This document shows positions 59,256-64,000 of a stretch of 64,000 nucleotides of DNA, piece by piece. The notes under the pieces were generated by a model that worked only from the letters and a program-made list of their open reading frames with translations, made no database searches and was not told the origin of the DNA. This stretch comes from an uncultured Desulfospira sp. (GTDB lineage Bacteria > Desulfobacterota > Desulfobacteria > Desulfobacterales > Desulfobacteraceae). Position 1 is the first letter of the stretch. The number at the start of each line of letters is the position of its first letter. The stretch is from contig OY760175.1 of NCBI GenBank assembly GCA_963663165.1, forward strand, positions 6,528,001 to 6,592,000. Reading direction: 5' to 3'. The translations under genes were made by a program, and so were the position numbers.

Positions 59256-61970
59256 TCAGTTGATTTTATAACTAAAATCCCCTTTATTGACACTCACGTT
59301 AATGGTAGAGATCTCATTTCCCTCTACAACCGCCGACAGGTAGGCATGGCTGATGGCAGGCAAAAGGGTGTTGGTCAAAATGGTGTCCACCATTCGGGCA
59401 CCGCTTTCAAGCTCTGTACACCGCTCGGTGATCAGCTTGAGTACCGACGGGGTGTAGGAAAGCTCGATATTCCGGGTCTCCTTGATCCGGTCCTGGATCC
59501 GCTTAAGCTGGAGCCGGATGATAACATCGAGCATTTCATCACTGATGGGGTAATAGGGGATGGTCACCAGCCGGCCTAAAAGCGCTGCCGGGAACACCTT
59601 GAGCAGGGAAGGCCGGAGGGCTTTGGCAATGCCCTCCACATCGGGCATCAGTTCCGGGTCCTTGCACATGTTCATGATCAGGTCACTGCCCACGTTGGAC
59701 GTCAACAGGATAATGGTATTTTTAAAGTCAATGAGGCGGCCTTCGCCGTCCTCCATCACGCCCTTGTCAAATACCTGGAAAAAGATTTCATGGACATCAG
59801 GATGGGCTTTTTCAACCTCGTCCAGCAGCACCACACTATAAGGATGGCGGCGGACCGCTTCGGTCAGGACCCCGCCTTCGCCATACCCCACATAACCGGG
59901 AGGGGCCCCTTTGAGGGTGGATACGGTATGGGACTCCTGGAATTCGCTCATGTTGATGGTGATCAGGTTCTGCTCTCCGCCGTACATGGCCTCGGCTAAG
60001 GCCAGGGCCGTTTCGGTTTTGCCCACACCGCTGGGGCCGGCCAGAAGGAAAACCCCCACCGGTTTGCTGGGATTGTCCACCCCGGCCCTGGAGGTCTGGA
60101 CCCGCTTGGTAATGTGCTCAAGGGCATGGCGCTGGCCCACCACCCGTTCTTCAAGCCGGTCGGCCAGGGTCAGGACCAGGGAGATTTCATCTTTGACCAT
60201 GCCGCCCACGGGAATGCCGGTCCAGTCTTCCACCACAGACCCGACACAAATGGCGTCCACACAGCTGGCCACCAGGGGTGAATCGCCCTGGCATTCCTTG
60301 AGTTCGGCTTCGGTCTGTTTGAGGGTTGCAAACAGTTCCTCGGCTGTCTGGCCGGATGCTTCAACGGGAACGTCCTCTCCCTGCTCCTGGTCGGTTAGCG
60401 GCATATCCGGGTTCTTTCCCTGGGACCTGAGTTTGGCCCTCAGGTCAAGAATGGTGTTCACCAGGCCCTTTTCTTTTTCCCAGGCCGCTTCATAGTGGGA
60501 AAGTTCTTCTCTTACCGTGGATAAAAGGTCAATGACCGCTTCTTTCCTGGCGGTATGTTCAAACCCCACGGCCTCTTCGTTTTCAATGATGGAAAGCTCT
60601 GTTTCCAGGGTATGGATTCTTTTTCTGCGGTCGTCCACCTTTGCCGGCACGGTGTGCTGGCTGACCCCGGTCCGGGCGCAGGCCGTGTCAATCAGACTGA
60701 TGGCCTTGTCCGGCAGCTGGCGGCCGGCAATGTACCGGCTGGACAGGGTGACGGCGGACGCTAAGGCCTCATCCAGCACCATGACCTTGTGGTGGGCTTC
60801 AAGGGTTTTGGCAAGCCCCCGGATCATGAGCAGCGCTTTTTCAGGGGAGGGCTCTTCCACCTTGACCACCTGGAACCGCCGGGTCAGGGCCGGGTCTTTT
60901 TCAAAATATTTTTTATATTCCGCCCAGGTCGTGGCGGCAATGGTTCTTAAGGTGCCCCGGGCCAGCTCAGGTTTAAGCAGGTTGGCGGCATCCCCGGTGC
61001 CGGCGGCCCCGCCGGCACCGATGAGGGTATGGGCCTCGTCAATGAACAGGATGATGGGGGTTTCCGAAGACTGAACTTCTTCGATCACCTGTTTGAGCCG
61101 GTTCTCAAATTCACCTTTCATACTGGCCCCGGCGGACAGCAGCCCGATATCAAGGGACCTTAAGGTAACGTTTCTTAAGGAGGGCGGCACATCTCCGTCG
61201 GCAATTTTCTGGGCAAACCCTTCAAGCACCGCTGTTTTTCCCACACCGGCCTCACCGGTGAGAATGGGGTTGTTCTGTTTGCGGCGCATAAGGATGTCGA
61301 TGATCTGGCGGATTTCTTCATCCCGTCCCAGGATGGGGTCCATCTTTCCTTCCCGGGCCTTCTGGGTCAGGTCAACGGAAAACTGGGCTAAGGCCTGCTG
61401 TTTGCCCATCTGGGCCGGGGCCACGGCGCCGCTGGCTTCTCCCGGGCCTACACCGCCGGTAATGGATTTGCCGTCTTTTGAAGACATGGTGTCTTCAATG
61501 GATCCGGAAACAATGGCGTAAAATTCATCGGTCAGGGTCTCGAGTTTGAGTTTGGACAGTTCCGGGGACATGCTCAGGAAGATGCCGGACACCCCTTTGT
61601 TGTTGAGCATGGCAATGATCAGCTGGCCGGTACGGATGCAGCTTTCATCAAACATCAGGGTGGCAAAGGTCCAGGCCGTTTCCAGGATTTCATCAAGATG
61701 GGGGGACAAGGAAGACACCGAAGAAGACCCTACCGGCAGTTTTTCCAGGGCCGTGGTAACGTCTTTGGCAAGCCTGGACTGGTCCACATCAAAATGATTC
61801 AGAATTTTAACCACATCGCAGTCCCCGTGCTGGAGCAGCTGCTGGAACCAGTGGACAATTTCCACACAGGGGTTGCCCCTCATTTTACAGAATACAGTTG
61901 CGCTTTCCAGTGATTTGTAACCAAGACTGTTGAGTTTGCCGAATAAAACCGTCCTTTTAATTTCAACCAT
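59256..61970 (-). CDS. tssH: T6SS AAA+ ATPase ClpV/TssH
   Basis: LFGKLN..SATVFCKMRGNP, NNPILTGEAGVGKT, RQLPDKA, GPSGVGKTE, NMSEFQESH, GARMVDTIL. Confidence 0.97.
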   Translation of the reverse strand: MVEIKRTVLFGKLNSLGYKSLESATVFCKMRGNPCVEIVHWFQQLLQHGDCDVVKILNHFDVDQSRLAKDVTTALEKLPVGSSSVSSLSPHLDEILETAWTFATLMFDESCIRTGQLIIAMLNNKGVSGIFLSMSPELSKLKLETLTDEFYAIVSGSIEDTMSSKDGKSITGGVGPGEASGAVAPAQMGKQQALAQFSVDLTQKAREGKMDPILGRDEEIRQIIDILMRRKQNNPILTGEAGVGKTAVLEGFAQKIADGDVPPSLRNVTLRSLDIGLLSAGASMKGEFENRLKQVIEEVQSSETPIILFIDEAHTLIGAGGAAGTGDAANLLKPELARGTLRTIAATTWAEYKKYFEKDPALTRRFQVVKVEEPSPEKALLMIRGLAKTLEAHHKVMVLDEALASAVTLSSRYIAGRQLPDKAISLIDTACARTGVSQHTVPAKVDDRRKRIHTLETELSIIENEEAVGFEHTARKEAVIDLLSTVREELSHYEAAWEKEKGLVNTILDLRAKLRSQGKNPDMPLTDQEQGEDVPVEASGQTAEELFATLKQTEAELKECQGDSPLVASCVDAICVGSVVEDWTGIPVGGMVKDEISLVLTLADRLEERVVGQRHALEHITKRVQTSRAGVDNPSKPVGVFLLAGPSGVGKTETALALAEAMYGGEQNLITINMSEFQESHTVSTLKGAPPGYVGYGEGGVLTEAVRRHPYSVVLLDEVEKAHPDVHEIFFQVFDKGVMEDGEGRLIDFKNTIILLTSNVGSDLIMNMCKDPELMPDVEGIAKALRPSLLKVFPAALLGRLVTIPYYPISDEMLDVIIRLQLKRIQDRIKETRNIELSYTPSVLKLITERCTELESGARMVDTILTNTLLPAISHAYLSAVVEGNEISTINVSVNKGDFSYKIN

Positions 61971-61984
61971 TTCTGTCTCCGTTG

Positions 61985-62026
61985 GCTTTTAGCTTTTAGC
62001 CGTTAGCTTTTAGCTTTTAGCTGTTA
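61985..62026. repeat. 6 x heptamer array (GCYKTTA) upstream of the tssH RBS
   Basis: GCTTTTA GCTTTTA GCCGTTA GCTTTTA GCTTTTA GCTGTTA. Confidence 0.92.
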
Positions 62027-62075
62027 ATATTTTTTGGGGTGCTGCAAGCCGCTAAGGGTTGACAGCTTTAATTTT

Positions 62076-63101
62076 TTACCGGCTGCCGGATATGGTCAGA
62101 TCATCCGCATCCTTCTGGCCTTTTCTTTTTTTAAACCAGCCGGTGTATCCCAACCTTATCTTTTTGTCGGCCGTGAAATCAGGGATTTCTTCGGCCATTA
62201 ATATCAGTTGAACATCCCAGTCAAAACTCATGCCCACATAGTTGTCAACCCAGTTTTTCAAATGGGCAAACCCCTTTGAATCCGGGGTCAGTTTTTCATA
62301 CAATGAAAGCTTCATGGGGCCTAATACCAGCCTGAATTTCTGGTTGATATCCCAGATCCGCCGACCGAGAATACAGGTTTTCCCCATGATCCCGGTGTGT
62401 TCCGATTCCCCGACCCGGAACTGGTCCTGAAAGGGAATGGCGATCCATTGCCCGGTAAACGGTTCCATTCTGACCGGTGTGCCGAAATAGCCGCTGAGCA
62501 CCGCACAAAGGCCTTCGACATTCATATCCCTTTGAATCAGCCGGCCCGAATAGTAGAGGCGGGCATCTTTGGGCACCTCATCCGGGCGATCGTCTTCCCC
62601 TGATTTGATGCTGATCAAAGAGCCGATGTAACTGGAAAACGGATCTTCATTCCAGTCCCGGTTAACGGTGATCTGGTTGATGGCCCAGGCCCGGTAGTAC
62701 AATGAGATCATGCGGTGGTGGAACATGTCCAGAAAATTCCTGATGGCATGATCCTTGTGCTGGTGGCCCCGCTGAAACACATATTCGGTCAAAAACAGGG
62801 GCATGGGGCCGTTGCAGCCCAAAAGGCCAAAACAATGGACCGTCAGTTCGGCCATGCCTTGTCCCTCTTTGGGCTTAAAGCCCGCCACGTCGGAAGGGGG
62901 AAAGGCCAGGGTGGGTTTTTGCCGGAAACGAAGGGGTTCGGTTTTGGTTTTATAGGCAAAACCGGTCCCGTCCGCCTCAGGATCAAGGGCCGTAAAATAC
63001 CGGTCAAGCTCCCTGACCAGCCCGAAAAAGTTCCACTCATAGGGGGCTGAGGCCAGGGCTTGTTCTAACTGAGTTCCTGATTTGAGCTTCGCTTGGGCCA
63101 T
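62076..63101 (-). CDS. tssG: T6SS baseplate subunit TssG
   Basis: LRFRQKPTLAFPPSDV, FGLLGCNGPMP, FLDMFHHRMISLYYRAW, FRLVLGP. Confidence 0.95.
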   Translation of the reverse strand: MAQAKLKSGTQLEQALASAPYEWNFFGLVRELDRYFTALDPEADGTGFAYKTKTEPLRFRQKPTLAFPPSDVAGFKPKEGQGMAELTVHCFGLLGCNGPMPLFLTEYVFQRGHQHKDHAIRNFLDMFHHRMISLYYRAWAINQITVNRDWNEDPFSSYIGSLISIKSGEDDRPDEVPKDARLYYSGRLIQRDMNVEGLCAVLSGYFGTPVRMEPFTGQWIAIPFQDQFRVGESEHTGIMGKTCILGRRIWDINQKFRLVLGPMKLSLYEKLTPDSKGFAHLKNWVDNYVGMSFDWDVQLILMAEEIPDFTADKKIRLGYTGWFKKRKGQKDADDLTISGSR

Positions 63102-64000
63102 GTTTTAATTTTTCCCCGTTCAACAGAGTGGATAACGGTCTGGGTAAATGAATTGATCTGGGCCGATGCCCCGAAATACCGGTCAAGGATTGAACCCAGC
63201 AGAAATATCCCCATGCCCCTGAAGGCATCCTCATCCAGGGTCAGGTTGATTTCAAGCCCCCGGATAAAGGAAATGGGCCCGTTCCCGTAAAGCCGGCTGG
63301 TCACCGGCTTGGCCAGAATATCGGCAATCCCGTCAATCTGCCGCCTGAAATAGTAGGAATCCGGATCACAGTACAGGTTGAGCAGGTCTTTGAGGCGCTG
63401 TATTCTGGCCGCATCGTTGCTTCTGAGAATGGACAGGTAATTCAATGACAGATGATTGATAATATTCCATTCTGATATTTTTTCTTTAAAGGTGGTGACC
63501 GGCGGGGTCGGGCCGTCAATGCAGCGGACCGCTGTGGCCGGCACGTTGATTTCCAGGGTAAAGTCGGTATCCCCCCTTCCCACGGGCATCATGGCCGGCA
63601 GGTCCCGGTTGCTGACCAGGGCGGTGACCGCTAATTCTTTGACGTCCGGGTCAAGGGGCCTTGCCTGTTCGTCCACCAGGGAAATGTAAATGTCCGAGCC
63701 CACGTAACCCGAGCGGGTTCCATATTTTTTTTCCGTTTCCGTAAGGGTCCGGGGCCTGCGGTATTCTGCATAATAGGCATCGGCCCTGGCCGGACCGTCA
63801 TCAAATCCGGTTTTGGAGTAAAAGGGGAAAAAGGGTTTTCCTGAAATATACCCGGCACCGTATCCCGTGACCTTTTCAATTTGCAGCACCTCATAGTCAA
63901 GGGTCCTTGTCCGGTCGGCCATCACCAGGAATTCAAAGTTGCTCTTTTTGATGTGGATGCGGTCGGTCCGTTTTCTGAACAGGTTAACGGCCGGTGTGGA
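63065..64000 (-). CDS. tssF: T6SS baseplate subunit TssF (3' part; 5' end outside the window)
   Basis: Frame open to base 64000 (STPAVNLF..); SNRDLP, WNIINHLSLNYLS, INSFTQ. Confidence 0.95.
   Translation of the reverse strand, partial: STPAVNLFRKRTDRIHIKKSNFEFLVMADRTRTLDYEVLQIEKVTGYGAGYISGKPFFPFYSKTGFDDGPARADAYYAEYRRPRTLTETEKKYGTRSGYVGSDIYISLVDEQARPLDPDVKELAVTALVSNRDLPAMMPVGRGDTDFTLEINVPATAVRCIDGPTPPVTTFKEKISEWNIINHLSLNYLSILRSNDAARIQRLKDLLNLYCDPDSYYFRRQIDGIADILAKPVTSRLYGNGPISFIRGLEINLTLDEDAFRGMGIFLLGSILDRYFGASAQINSFTQTVIHSVERGKIKTWPKRSSNQELS

Overview
64 kb of a sulfate-reducing deltaproteobacterial chromosome. The taxon is inferred as Desulfobacteraceae-like from gene content (HdrA-MvhD-MetVF, long PurL plus PurQ, short EF-Ts, EAL/HDOD). 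Positions 1-41.5 kb are mostly housekeeping genes: rplU-rpmA-obgE-nadD-rsfS-gpmI, fba-glgP, hdrA-mvhD-metV-metF, tRNA-Gln(CUG), ndk, rho-rpmE-prfA-prmC and rpsB-tsf-pyrH-frr-uppS-cdsA-dxr-rseP-purL-purQ. Positions 41.5-64 kb are accessory: two paralogous exported proteins with a TolC/MFP/MacB-type exporter, a convergent operon of an exported caspase-family protease, a CsgG-like lipoprotein and a DUF799-like protein, a PP2C phosphatase and membrane Ser/Thr kinase, and the distal end of a type VI secretion cluster (tssF partial, tssG, tssH, vgrG, DUF4123). Highlights not visible in the ORF track: (1) a probable Zn-ribbon/TM/thioredoxin selenoprotein (UGGC motif plus SECIS-like hairpin) split into two ORFs at 16306-16860; (2) a candidate T6SS-linked envelope signalling/export module; (3) a 92-bp perfect inverted repeat pair placed so that recombination would swap operon halves; (4) several families of small repeats (REP-like 91-mer in 5 copies, 152-bp MITE in 2 copies, 60-66 bp mini-element in 2 copies, a REP doublet, heptamer arrays). 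All family assignments come from motif recognition by eye; no database search was run.
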